From IMG/VR virus record IMGVR_UViG_3300017963_000205: 64,000 bases of DNA, one strand, 5' to 3'. This document shows positions 17,545-27,083 of this stretch, piece by piece; position 1 is the first letter of the stretch, and every line of letters starts with the position of its first letter. Under the pieces are notes generated by a model that was not told where the DNA came from, searched no databases, and worked only from the letters and a program-made list of their open reading frames with translations. Made by a program: the position numbers and the translations under genes. Origin of the DNA: an uncultured virus (IMG/VR IMGVR_UViG_3300017963_000205) (Duplodnaviria > Heunggongvirae > Uroviricota > Caudoviricetes).

Positions 17545-19383
17545 ATGCAGACGACGGTCGGACAACTTCTTCTGAATGAGAACCTTCCCGAAGACCTTCG
17601 GGACTACAAGCGCGTCATTGACAAGAAGACGCTCAAGACGCTCTTTCAGGAGATGGCCGATCGCTACCCCGACAAGTATGCCGACTTCAATCACAAGCTG
17701 CACAATTTGGCCCAGGACGCGGCTACCACGTACGGCGGCGTGACCAGCCTCTCGCTGGAGTCGTTGCGCACGCCCAAGAGCGTGGAGGTCTCCCGCCGCA
17801 ACCTGGCGCGCAGCATCAACGCCGTCGCGCAGTCCGGCGCTGACGAGGAAACCAAGAACAGGAAGATCATCAAGCTGATCGCCGATCGTCTTGACGAGAC
17901 AACCGACCAGACCTTTGCGGAGGCCAAGAAGAGCAACAACCCCTTGGCGTTGCAGGTTGTGTCGGGCGCACGCGGGAACGCCGGGCAGCTCAGGGCGCTC
18001 AACGCGGGCGACATGCTCGTAGTCGATCACAAGGACAGGCCCATACCGATTCCACTGCTCAATTCCTACTCCGAGGGGCTCGATCCCGTGCAGTATTGGG
18101 CGGGGGCTTACGGGGCGCGAAAAGGCTACGTGAGCGTCAAGTTCGCCACGCCCCGTTCCGGCTTCCTGGCCAAGCAATTGGCAATGGCCGCGCATCGCCT
18201 GATCGTCACGGAGAAGGACTGCGGCACGGCCAACGGGGTTCCTGTGGACGCCTCCGATCCCGACAACGAGGGCACGGTTCTGGCCCAAAAAGCAGGCGGC
18301 ATGTCGGCCGGATCGGTGCTCCATCCGAAGGATCTTCGCAAGCTGGGCGACAAGAAAATCATTGTGCGTTCGCCCATTACTTGTCAGGCCCAGGACGGCG
18401 TTTGTCAGCACTGCGCGGGCGTGCGTGAGCGTGGCGGTTTCCCGCCTTTGGGAGACAATATCGGCATTGCTGCGGCGCAAGCCATCGCCGAACCCATCGG
18501 CCAGGGGCAGCTTTCCGCCAAGCATACGGGCGGGCAGGCCGATGCCAGTTCGCAGAAGACCGGCATGGATCTGATCGAGCAGTTGGTCTCGGTGCCCAAG
18601 ACGTTTCAGGGCGGCGCGGCACTGGCGACGCTCGATGGCAGAGTGGATGCAATAGAGGAAGCCCCACAGGGCGGGCAGTACGTAACTATTGCCGGAACAC
18701 GCACTTGGGTTCCTCCGCACCAGGAGTTGAAAGCCAAGAAGGGCGATCGTGTGGAAGCCGGCGATGTACTGTCGAGCGGGCTTCCCAACCCCGCAGAGAT
18801 CGTGAAGTACAAGGGTGTTGGGGAGGGGCGGCGTTACTACACGCAGCAGTTCCTGAAGGCCATGAACGACAGTAACTTCTCCGCCAACCGTCGCAACGTG
18901 GAGCTGCTTTCACGGGGACTCATCAATCACGTGCGCATCTCCGACCTGGACGGCCCCGAGGATACGGTGCCCGATGACGTGGTAGAATTTGACTCGATGA
19001 CGCGTGGTTATCGGCCACGGTTTGGATTCAAAACGGTTGCGCCGAAGCGGGGCATTGGGTTATACCTTGAATCCCCGGCATTGCATTATTCGATCGGGAC
19101 GAAGATTACGCCGAGGGTCGCCAAGGAGTTGGGGGAATACGGCGTAAAGGCTGTTAAGGCACACGCAGACGCGCCCTCCTTCACGCCCGAGATGACGCGC
19201 GCGATGGAGACGCTTTCACACAGTTCGGATTGGATGGTTCGGATGGGAGGATTCCACCTCAGATCGGGACTGACCAAGGCGGTTCACCGCACCCAGTCCT
19301 CTGATGAGCACGGCACCTCCTACATTCCATCACTGGCCAAGGGCGTGGAGTTTGGAAGGGTTCCCAAGGGCAAGGGGTACTAG
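17545..19383 (+). CDS. rpoC: RNA polymerase beta' C-terminal half
   Basis: TTVGQLL start; SGARGN..QL; bridge helix SYSEGL...YWAGAYGARKG..SVKFATPRSGFLAKQL; DCGT; Zn site RSPITC......C..C; trigger loop IGIAAAQAIAEPIGQGQLSAKHTGG. Confidence 0.93.
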   Translation: MQTTVGQLLLNENLPEDLRDYKRVIDKKTLKTLFQEMADRYPDKYADFNHKLHNLAQDAATTYGGVTSLSLESLRTPKSVEVSRRNLARSINAVAQSGADEETKNRKIIKLIADRLDETTDQTFAEAKKSNNPLALQVVSGARGNAGQLRALNAGDMLVVDHKDRPIPIPLLNSYSEGLDPVQYWAGAYGARKGYVSVKFATPRSGFLAKQLAMAAHRLIVTEKDCGTANGVPVDASDPDNEGTVLAQKAGGMSAGSVLHPKDLRKLGDKKIIVRSPITCQAQDGVCQHCAGVRERGGFPPLGDNIGIAAAQAIAEPIGQGQLSAKHTGGQADASSQKTGMDLIEQLVSVPKTFQGGAALATLDGRVDAIEEAPQGGQYVTIAGTRTWVPPHQELKAKKGDRVEAGDVLSSGLPNPAEIVKYKGVGEGRRYYTQQFLKAMNDSNFSANRRNVELLSRGLINHVRISDLDGPEDTVPDDVVEFDSMTRGYRPRFGFKTVAPKRGIGLYLESPALHYSIGTKITPRVAKELGEYGVKAVKAHADAPSFTPEMTRAMETLSHSSDWMVRMGGFHLRSGLTKAVHRTQSSDEHGTSYIPSLAKGVEFGRVPKGKGY

Positions 19384-19394
19384 GGAGAAGAAAC

Positions 19395-19808
19395 ATGAAG
19401 AAGTCCGCCGCTTTTGAACTCGGCTCCGATTACGGCTACCTCAAGGACGTTACGCCCCAGCCGCAGTTCTTCAAGAAGATGGCCGCAAAGTTGAAACTGG
19501 ACCCGGGCCTGCTGGCTGCGGTCTTCAACAAGAAGGCCATGGAGAAAACGGCCGGGTGGCCGCTCGCCCTTTTGGCGGGCGGGCTCGTGGCTGCTCCCGA
19601 GGCCCTTCGCTTTGGTCGACGCCTTCTTTCGTCGCCCTATGATCAGCGCTTCGGGCCGTATGGCCGGGGCCTTCCCAACATGTCAAACATTGGGGGTCTG
19701 GACCCCAGAGCGATGTCTGACGTCATGGGCTACGGAGCCCAGATGCGGGCGCTTGGTGCGCAGAGTCGGATGATCGACCGGATGTTCCGGCCGGGCCCGA
19801 TGTACTAA
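19395..19808 (+). CDS. putative internal virion protein
   Basis: KSAAFELG, KMA and EKTA motifs followed by hydrophobic GWPLALLAGGLVA. Confidence 0.6.
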   Translation: MKKSAAFELGSDYGYLKDVTPQPQFFKKMAAKLKLDPGLLAAVFNKKAMEKTAGWPLALLAGGLVAAPEALRFGRRLLSSPYDQRFGPYGRGLPNMSNIGGLDPRAMSDVMGYGAQMRALGAQSRMIDRMFRPGPMY

Positions 19809-19845
19809 GACGTGAAGCGTTCCCTTTCGAGAAGGAGAGTGGCAA

Positions 19846-22095
19846 ATGCCGGGGCCAACCTCTACGGATGCCAACTTTGAGCGCACGTTCGCCGATTTGG
19901 CGTATGCCAGATTGCGTGATAAGGCGCCCAGCCTGCTCGACGATCTCATCGGCTTCCAGCTGATAGACAAGAACGACGACGAGACGCACGCCGTCGGTGT
20001 CTTCGGCTTCAAGGTGGCCAGCGAGTGGGTGTACGCCCCAGTGTTCTTCATCAACGGGGAGCTGAAGGGACATGAGCTGATGTACATCAAGTCCCAGGAC
20101 GCCTTCGTTCCGTTGATCGAGTCCTGGGTCAACTACCTTCTCAACCGGCGCCCGCCGGTGCTGGGTTCGCCGGAACCGACGCCCAAGAAGGACCTTGCGC
20201 TCAACCAGCCGGACTTCGACATCTTTGCCCGCACGCCGCACATGGGCTCGAAGTACGCCGCCGAGCGCCGGACCCTCCAGAGCATCTACAAGGGGCTGGA
20301 CGACGACTACAAGCCGTTCATGGACGTCTTCCTCCCGCAGAACTGGCCCAACGCAGAGAAGTACGCGGAGGTGACGGACCGTTGCCACCTGCCCAACTTC
20401 CTGAAGACGGCGGGGCGCGACAGCGTCTACACGCTCATCAAGTCGATGCGTGATGACGTCAAGTTCGCCAATGCGGTGCTCCGTTACTACGACATCAAGG
20501 ACCTGGTCAACGTCAACTACCAGAAGCGCGCGGACACGGGCGACAAGAAGATCGAGGACACGGCGCCCGACGTGGTCGTGGTCACGCGCGGCGACGACAA
20601 CACTGCCGACGCGCACGGCCTCTCCGAAGCCGACAAGAAGAAGCTCATGCGCGATCAGTACGTGGTCAAGGACGAGCGCTCCGACGACAGCAAGGCCAGG
20701 ATGTACAAGTCGCAGATCTCACGGCAGCTGCAGAATCCCAGTGAGAACGGTTTCTATGAGATCCTGACGGCCAACGGCAACGCCGAGCAGGTGTTGGTGC
20801 TGACCGCGCCCGACAAGGTGGGCTATGATCCGAGGCCCGGCACGGCCGTGGTGGTCTCGCCCAAGGGCAAGCGCTTCGGCAACTACTTCTCCAACGACGT
20901 GTTCATCTGCAAGCGGCTGGACAACGGCGAGTGGCAGGAGTGCTTCAAACGGGATTTCATCAACCCGAAGCAGCTCAAGGTCGATCAGTATGCGATGCTG
21001 GTCTCGCCCGACGGCAGCAATGGCACGATGGTCTTCGAGGTCACGAAGAAGCGGACCAACGGCGAAGGCCAGACCGAAATGGCCGTTTATGGTCAGACCT
21101 GCATCTCCGAGAGTTCCGGCAGCAGCTCGTGGCGCAACAAGCGCTCCCGGCCGGTGCCCGTTCTCGCTGAGGATGACGGGGGCGACGCGCACGTGAAGTC
21201 CATCGTGCTCACGGGCAAGGACGGCGAACGGGCCACGCAGATCGGCAGCACGCTGTTCATTCCCAACACGTGGAAAGGCATTCAGCTGCCCAACACGTGG
21301 AAGGGCGGCATGAACGGCACCAATGATCTGGGCTCCCTGTCCGAGTGCGTGCTGCAGCTCTACAAGACCGCGCAGGAGGGCAAATCAGGCGTTTACCGCC
21401 TTCAGCTTCGCACCGACGGCATCAACTACGTGCCCGTGATCAACGGTCACATCTGCAAACCCATGTCCAAGCTGGCCTGTCTGAAGCACCTGATCGTGCA
21501 GCAGAACTTCGGCCAGGAGGACGCGGAGTTCCTGATCAAGCAGGCGCGCCCGCGCAAGGCCGAGACGTTCTACGTGAAGCAGGCGCAGAACCAGCCCATC
21601 AGCGGGTACTTCCCCGAGCCGCCTCAGGGGTACGAGTACGGCATTCCGGCGCCGATCCAGTATCCCCACGTGGAGCTGCAGAACCTCAACGACTCCATGG
21701 GTCACAACCGTGAGCACTATCGGGACGACCGGGAGATGGATGCGGCCGTCAAGCAATACGCGCAGGACGCCGCGCAGACCGGCCAGAAGGAAGTGCTCGA
21801 TACGGCCGTGATCTCGGGACTGGTCAACACGATGGACGTCGACGACGCCGTCGACAAGTACATCAGCGACCTGCTGCTGGGACTGGACCGCGTGGGCCGC
21901 ATCCTGTTCATGTACTACTGGCACTATGACCAGTTCAAGGAGCGCTACGGCCAGCAGGACATGACCGAGCTTGAGGACAACCTGCGCAACGTCTTCAAGA
22001 ATCTGGGCGAGCTGGCCCTGTTCCTGAAGCAGAAGACGATCGAGCCGGAGATGGCCGAGGAGCCTGAAGCCGAACTGACCGACGTTCTGGGATAA
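19846..22095 (+). CDS. large putative head-associated protein of unknown function
   Basis: AAGGAG RBS; 749 aa with strong GC3 bias; several K-x-A motifs (KYA, KTA, KRA, KQA) between apparent domains. Confidence 0.65.
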   Translation: MPGPTSTDANFERTFADLAYARLRDKAPSLLDDLIGFQLIDKNDDETHAVGVFGFKVASEWVYAPVFFINGELKGHELMYIKSQDAFVPLIESWVNYLLNRRPPVLGSPEPTPKKDLALNQPDFDIFARTPHMGSKYAAERRTLQSIYKGLDDDYKPFMDVFLPQNWPNAEKYAEVTDRCHLPNFLKTAGRDSVYTLIKSMRDDVKFANAVLRYYDIKDLVNVNYQKRADTGDKKIEDTAPDVVVVTRGDDNTADAHGLSEADKKKLMRDQYVVKDERSDDSKARMYKSQISRQLQNPSENGFYEILTANGNAEQVLVLTAPDKVGYDPRPGTAVVVSPKGKRFGNYFSNDVFICKRLDNGEWQECFKRDFINPKQLKVDQYAMLVSPDGSNGTMVFEVTKKRTNGEGQTEMAVYGQTCISESSGSSSWRNKRSRPVPVLAEDDGGDAHVKSIVLTGKDGERATQIGSTLFIPNTWKGIQLPNTWKGGMNGTNDLGSLSECVLQLYKTAQEGKSGVYRLQLRTDGINYVPVINGHICKPMSKLACLKHLIVQQNFGQEDAEFLIKQARPRKAETFYVKQAQNQPISGYFPEPPQGYEYGIPAPIQYPHVELQNLNDSMGHNREHYRDDREMDAAVKQYAQDAAQTGQKEVLDTAVISGLVNTMDVDDAVDKYISDLLLGLDRVGRILFMYYWHYDQFKERYGQQDMTELEDNLRNVFKNLGELALFLKQKTIEPEMAEEPEAELTDVLG

Positions 22096-22097
22096 CC

Positions 22098-22940
22098 GTG
22101 GACGAGAAGAGCACATTCTCCGATAACGCCCCTTCATGGCGCTGGGATCTGATCAGCGCCATGGTGGAGGCCGGCCGCGCTCCGAGCCGCCGCAAGGAGG
22201 ATGCATGGATTCGGCAGGGCTACCAGTTCCTGCGCAGGTGGGCACGCGCGGAATACGCTGACCTGCCGTCCCTCAAACGGGATTACCCGAGTCTCTTCAG
22301 CGCCCATTTGCAGTTCGTCAACACCACGTCTGAGAAGTGGATTGTCGAGGCGGGCCTGCTCGCGCGCGTGCCGCACGAGACGATCGCTGCCTACGTGGCG
22401 CTGCCCGTGAGCGTGGTCAAGTGCTTCGAATTCAACTTCTTCGATATCGCAGACAAGCTGAGCGCGCCCGGTTACGTGATCAACCAGGTTCTTTACCCGT
22501 CCATTCACGGCGGGCTCAACGGCCGTGACTTCGACTTCATGTACAAGCTCGTGGCCTACGCGGCGGGCTGGGAAACCTTCACGGAGATGATCGAAGTCAG
22601 GCACATGAGCAGCAAGACCGAGGACTGGCTGAAGGTCGCCATGCGCCAGCGCATGTGGAAGCTCGGCTTCCAGGCCGTCAATCGCCTGGAGGTCAATCAG
22701 TACAACGCCATCGAAGTCATCGACAAGTGCCTGGATCTGGCAAGGCTGGAACGCGAAGAAGGGCCGGAGCACGCACACACGGCCGCCGAACAGCTGGTCA
22801 AAGGCTTGCTAGGCGAGTGCAAATTGAATATCATCCATTCGGAAGAAACGTTCGATGCGGATGAGCCCAGAGCTGAAGAGCTTGTGGAAGGCCAGAAGGC
22901 GCTAACGTTCGGCGACAAGATCCCGGTCGAGAAGGGGTAA
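22098..22940 (+). CDS. hypothetical protein
   Basis: 280 aa, GTG start, packed in the operon. Confidence 0.6.
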   Translation: MDEKSTFSDNAPSWRWDLISAMVEAGRAPSRRKEDAWIRQGYQFLRRWARAEYADLPSLKRDYPSLFSAHLQFVNTTSEKWIVEAGLLARVPHETIAAYVALPVSVVKCFEFNFFDIADKLSAPGYVINQVLYPSIHGGLNGRDFDFMYKLVAYAAGWETFTEMIEVRHMSSKTEDWLKVAMRQRMWKLGFQAVNRLEVNQYNAIEVIDKCLDLARLEREEGPEHAHTAAEQLVKGLLGECKLNIIHSEETFDADEPRAEELVEGQKALTFGDKIPVEKG

Positions 22941-22942
22941 TC

Positions 22943-24256
22943 ATGGAGAAGATGAGCAAGGAAGACGAGGCCCGAATTCTCCGTGCGCTGGAGGATGCGG
23001 TCCAGATGACCAACAAGGGCGTGCCTCCCAACGAGGCGCTCCAGAAGGTCGCCGAACAGCAGAAGTTCGGGCCGCAGGTCATTCAGCGCATGGTGGAGGC
23101 GTTCAACGTCTCCAAGACCCTCAGCCACATGAAGCATGCCGAGGGGCCGAAGAAGGCCGACACCTTCCCGATTGCCGACGCCGCTCCTATTCTCGAAGGC
23201 ATGTATCCCGAGAAGGTTGCCTCCCCGCGCGAGAAGGCCGCCTCTAAATACGTGCCCGTTGAGTACCTGGAAAAGCGCGACGTCAATTTCATGGACCTCC
23301 TGCCGAAGGTGGCGCAAGCGCTACCCAAGGTTGAGAAGGCGCCCGCTTTCCCGCGTGATCCGAACGCGGCGGCGCGAAGGATCATGCACCAGCGGACGAC
23401 GCTCAAGCGCGCACACGCCCAAGCCGAGACGGGTTACCGCTCGGCGTGGGGGCGGTTGGATGCGCACGCCAAGGAGGCGGCACACTACTTCCGACAGATC
23501 CCACACACGCCCTTCAGCGAGGTTGAGCGCAACGTCGTGGGTGACCATGGCGTCATCGGCAAGGCGGCGATGGACCTGGTGTTCCAGCACGCTCGCATCA
23601 AGGAAGAGCGCAACGCGATCAAGCAGGCCAGCGCGACTGCGTATGACGCGTCCGTGCAGCCCTACACGTTCATCAAGAGCGCCATTGGGGTGGCCTGGGA
23701 ACTGGAAAAGCTGGCTGCCGATGTGGTTGACGCCGAATTCAAGCTGGAGGAGTTCGAGGTCGAACACGGCTTCAGGAAGAAGGCGGACCCCAGCCCCGGG
23801 GTGCTGGACGAGTTTCTGAGCCCTCTTCCCTATGAGGACAACGCCCTCGTCCCTTTTGAAAAAAGCGCGCTCGTCTCCCCAAGCACTCTGCTCTCGGGCG
23901 GGATGCGCGCGCTCAGCATGTCCGAGCCCGACCCGGAAGGACTTCGGGAAGAGGCCATCACCGAGGTCTACGATCCGGCGCACGAGGAGGAGCTTCGTGC
24001 GATCAAGACCAAGGCGATGCTCAACGACCTTCTGTCCAACGACCCGGTGATCGCAGGGCATCCGAAGGAGCGCGTGCTGCATACGTACAACCAGATTGCC
24101 TCGTCCATGCCGCAAGTCTCGCAGCAGCCGGCCGTTCTGCGCGGTTTGCTGCGGCGCATGCTGACGCAGGAAGAGGTCATTGAACCTCACGAGATCAAAC
24201 AGTTCACTGATGTTGAGCAGCAGCTCAGAGGGCTGACCGGCGATCCCTTCGCCTGA
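22943..24256 (+). CDS. putative head core/internal protein
   Basis: 437 aa helical protein with many K-x-A (KVA, KAA, KEA, KQA, KSA, KLA, KKA). Confidence 0.6.
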   Translation: MEKMSKEDEARILRALEDAVQMTNKGVPPNEALQKVAEQQKFGPQVIQRMVEAFNVSKTLSHMKHAEGPKKADTFPIADAAPILEGMYPEKVASPREKAASKYVPVEYLEKRDVNFMDLLPKVAQALPKVEKAPAFPRDPNAAARRIMHQRTTLKRAHAQAETGYRSAWGRLDAHAKEAAHYFRQIPHTPFSEVERNVVGDHGVIGKAAMDLVFQHARIKEERNAIKQASATAYDASVQPYTFIKSAIGVAWELEKLAADVVDAEFKLEEFEVEHGFRKKADPSPGVLDEFLSPLPYEDNALVPFEKSALVSPSTLLSGGMRALSMSEPDPEGLREEAITEVYDPAHEEELRAIKTKAMLNDLLSNDPVIAGHPKERVLHTYNQIASSMPQVSQQPAVLRGLLRRMLTQEEVIEPHEIKQFTDVEQQLRGLTGDPFA

Positions 24257-24277
24257 TTTGGGAATCGATTCCGAAAT
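24256..24277. promoter_or_regulatory. palindromic motif copy (ATTTGGGAA-TCGA-TTCCGAAAT)
   Basis: Intergenic near-perfect inverted repeat, same family as the 6208 copy. Confidence 0.55.
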
Positions 24278-24289
24278 TGGAGCTTCAGC

Positions 24290-25579
24290 GTGGAACTCTC
24301 CAAAGAACTTGCAACCACCTGCGTGTTGGTCAAACACGCGGCTGATCCGCAGGAGGTGCGTGAGCAGTTCGAAGCGCTTGCGCGCGAGGAAGAGGGTCTG
24401 CGCGAGCACGCCAAGCGGTGGGAGAACATCGCATCGCGCCGGGCGGCTCGTGAAGAAGGCGGGCTTGGCGGTTACGCTTCCACGGCCATTGGCCGGACGC
24501 TCGGCCTTCCCAGAGGACTTGGCGAGCTTGCGCTTCGTGGCGCGGCCACGGGTGCCGGTGTCTATGGCGGCGGCGTTCTCGGTCGGGAGCTGGGTGAACG
24601 TTTCGCGCGCTTGCGGCCGGAAGACGTCGCCGCGCTCTTCACTCCTCCGACAGGCGACAAGGGAAAGATTCCGGCCGTTCAGCAGCGACTGGAACCCATC
24701 AGCAGACGACACTTGGCGCCGCAGCTTGCCGCCCGGCGGGCGCTCTTGTTTGAGCAGGCGTATCCGGGCATTCCGCCTGAAACGGTCGAGGCGTGGGCCA
24801 AGGCTGAATATGGCGGTCCGGAGAAAGGCCCGGGCAAGCCGAAGGGCAACCTTCCAGTGCATTCAGCGATTCAGCCCGGCACGTACAAAGGTGAGGCTGT
24901 GGGCTACCCGAAGCAGCGCCCCTCTCTTTCCCTGCGCGAACTTGAGCCCTTCTTTGAGATGGACCCGGCAAAGGCTGAAGCGGCGCGAGCTGCCTCGGAG
25001 GCCGGGGCTGAACCAAAACGGTTGGTTCGTGAAGTCACGAAGGAACTTGGCGGAATGACCGGCGAGCGCGATTTGCGCTTCAAGCGTTTGTTTCGTGACC
25101 TGGCGGAGATGGACCCGGAAGTCGTCTCCAAGGCGCTGGCCAGCGATCCCCTTGCGGATGTTCCCCGCGCGGGCGAGGCGCGCGCGGCGATTGGCAAGCA
25201 CTTGGGTGAGAGCGTCGCAAAGCACGTTCCCGGAATGGAAGGCGGCGACGTGCACGCACTGCGTCAACGTCTCGTCGCCGAGTTTGGCGAGGAGAATATT
25301 CCGGCCGTGCGACGTCTGATCCGACAGACGCTTGCGGAGTCCGACCTTCCCACGGGCGTTGCTCGTTGGGGGCGGGCGGGCAAGGTTCTTGGCGGTGGCG
25401 CGGGCCTTCTTCTTTCGGCGTTGCCTTTCACGGCCTATGCGTTGTGGGCCAAGCACAAGGGCGGCGAACGTGCGATGCGCGCGAAGTCCGAGGCCCGCCG
25501 CCTTTTGGAGCAGGCCACGCACAAGGGACAGCAACGTGAGGAACTTCTTGAAGCCCTGGAGGCCGCGTCCGAGAAATGA
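24290..25579 (+). CDS. putative internal virion protein with Gly-rich hydrophobic segments
   Basis: GTG start; N-terminal ...VLVKHA; two glycine-zipper-like segments. Confidence 0.55.
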   Translation: MELSKELATTCVLVKHAADPQEVREQFEALAREEEGLREHAKRWENIASRRAAREEGGLGGYASTAIGRTLGLPRGLGELALRGAATGAGVYGGGVLGRELGERFARLRPEDVAALFTPPTGDKGKIPAVQQRLEPISRRHLAPQLAARRALLFEQAYPGIPPETVEAWAKAEYGGPEKGPGKPKGNLPVHSAIQPGTYKGEAVGYPKQRPSLSLRELEPFFEMDPAKAEAARAASEAGAEPKRLVREVTKELGGMTGERDLRFKRLFRDLAEMDPEVVSKALASDPLADVPRAGEARAAIGKHLGESVAKHVPGMEGGDVHALRQRLVAEFGEENIPAVRRLIRQTLAESDLPTGVARWGRAGKVLGGGAGLLLSALPFTAYALWAKHKGGERAMRAKSEARRLLEQATHKGQQREELLEALEAASEK

Positions 25580-27036
25580 TCAAGGTCATCCGCCCGAGCG
25601 ACTTCGACTTTGACGCCCCGGTCGCGCGTCTGATGGACGTGCATTCCCGTGGCGTGGACCGTTCGTGGATGCAGAAGCGGGCGGCCGTGCTCACCAACGA
25701 GATCGGCCGCATCCGGCCCGAGCCCGGGCACTCCTACTTGCACCTGATCGCTCTTGGTGCCATGGAGTCCTACGGCACCAATCGCAACGGTGACAGCTTC
25801 AACAAGCAGGCGTGTGAGTTTCATCTGCCCGAACCCAAGAAGGGCGTGAACCCCGTCATCAAGTTGGCCGACGGGCTGCTCGGACACTACCGGACCTTCC
25901 TCAACGGACACGTCTTCAAACACCATAAAAACAAGGACCCCAAGGGCCGCATCGGAGACGTGAAGGAAGCCGCGTTCAACCCGGACATGAATCGGGTGGA
26001 ACTGATCATTCGTGTGCCCCACAACAGAGAGTGGGAGAACGATCTTCAGAAGCTCGCAAGCGGCAAGGACATTCCCTTTTCGATGGCCTGCAAGGTGGCC
26101 TACGACATCTGCGCGATCTGTGGAAACAAGGCTTCGAATCGTGGTGAATACTGCGGTCATTTGGCCAACCACATGACCGAGATGATGAAGTCCGGCCATC
26201 AGTCCACGGCCATCAATGACGTACCCAATTTCTTTGACATCAGTAAGGTCATAAAGCCGGCGGATCGCATTGCCTACTCGCTGCAGAAGGTAGCGGCGAT
26301 GGGCGGGCTGAAGGAGCCCGTCGGCGGAGCAAGGCTGGCCGAGATGTTGGGTGTCTCGGCTCCTGATGCCGTCCTGTATCAGGGCGGCCCAGCCGCCGCA
26401 CAGAAGGTGGCGTCAGCCAGGAAACTGGCGGCCATTGAGAAGCTGATCGAAGGTGTGGCACGAGGCGAGGACAACGCGCAAATCGCCAATTTGATGAGCG
26501 CCTGTCCACAAGAGCAGATCCCTGCTGACGAGATGGAGAAGCTGCGTAGCACTCAGCTGGGAACGGCTTTACAAGGACTCGCCTCGGCACAGATTTGCCT
26601 CTCGGTGCGGGATTTTCTGCGGCTGGTGGCGGGGGATGCCCCCGCTTCGGACGGCGCTGACATGGTCGAGGAAGCGTTGCCCGGGCTGTACAATCGGCTT
26701 CTCCAAAACGGAGGCATTGAAGAATGTGCTGCGGATTCCGCATACGATCCGGCAAGCACTGCGATACCACGGCAGATCAGGGACGTCGTTGGCGGGCTGG
26801 TGGGCGGCCACTCACTGGCTGAGGGACCTACTCGGGGACGAGTGCATGTGACCATCATCAAGGGTGTTTCCCCGGGTCTTCCCAAGACGGCTTCCCAGCT
26901 TTCTGCCGCTGTATCGCCTGAAATCCAAAAGCTGGCCAAGGAGTATGCCAAGTACCAGTTATCCTTTTTGGAGTCTGTGGGGACAAACCCCCTGTCCGCC
27001 GGGTTGACAGTCGTGCGTAATTACCTTAAAGTCTGA
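25576..27036 (+). CDS. prohead (maturation) protease with Zn-ribbon insertion
   Basis: NRNGD.F, VF.HH.N.D...IG.V, SMAC.V.YD.C.ICG...YC.HL, then FFDIS.V..PAD; consistent with HK97/herpes-fold phage maturation proteases; directly upstream of scaffold and capsid. Confidence 0.75.
   Translation: MIKVIRPSDFDFDAPVARLMDVHSRGVDRSWMQKRAAVLTNEIGRIRPEPGHSYLHLIALGAMESYGTNRNGDSFNKQACEFHLPEPKKGVNPVIKLADGLLGHYRTFLNGHVFKHHKNKDPKGRIGDVKEAAFNPDMNRVELIIRVPHNREWENDLQKLASGKDIPFSMACKVAYDICAICGNKASNRGEYCGHLANHMTEMMKSGHQSTAINDVPNFFDISKVIKPADRIAYSLQKVAAMGGLKEPVGGARLAEMLGVSAPDAVLYQGGPAAAQKVASARKLAAIEKLIEGVARGEDNAQIANLMSACPQEQIPADEMEKLRSTQLGTALQGLASAQICLSVRDFLRLVAGDAPASDGADMVEEALPGLYNRLLQNGGIEECAADSAYDPASTAIPRQIRDVVGGLVGGHSLAEGPTRGRVHVTIIKGVSPGLPKTASQLSAAVSPEIQKLAKEYAKYQLSFLESVGTNPLSAGLTVVRNYLKV
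27004..27032 (+). promoter_or_regulatory. sigma70-like promoter for the scaffold gene
   Basis: TTGACA-17 bp-TAAAGT inside the 3' end of the protease gene. Confidence 0.7.
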
Positions 27037-27083
27037 TCAGATTGCGGATAAAGGGCACGTCCACTCAGCGAGGAGGCCGATAC

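Noticed and set aside
8302..19383. Cellular rpoBC operon (bacterial chromosome)
   Set aside because: No flanking ribosomal-protein or nusG genes, strongly reduced and divergent subunits, and embedded among capsid and tail genes
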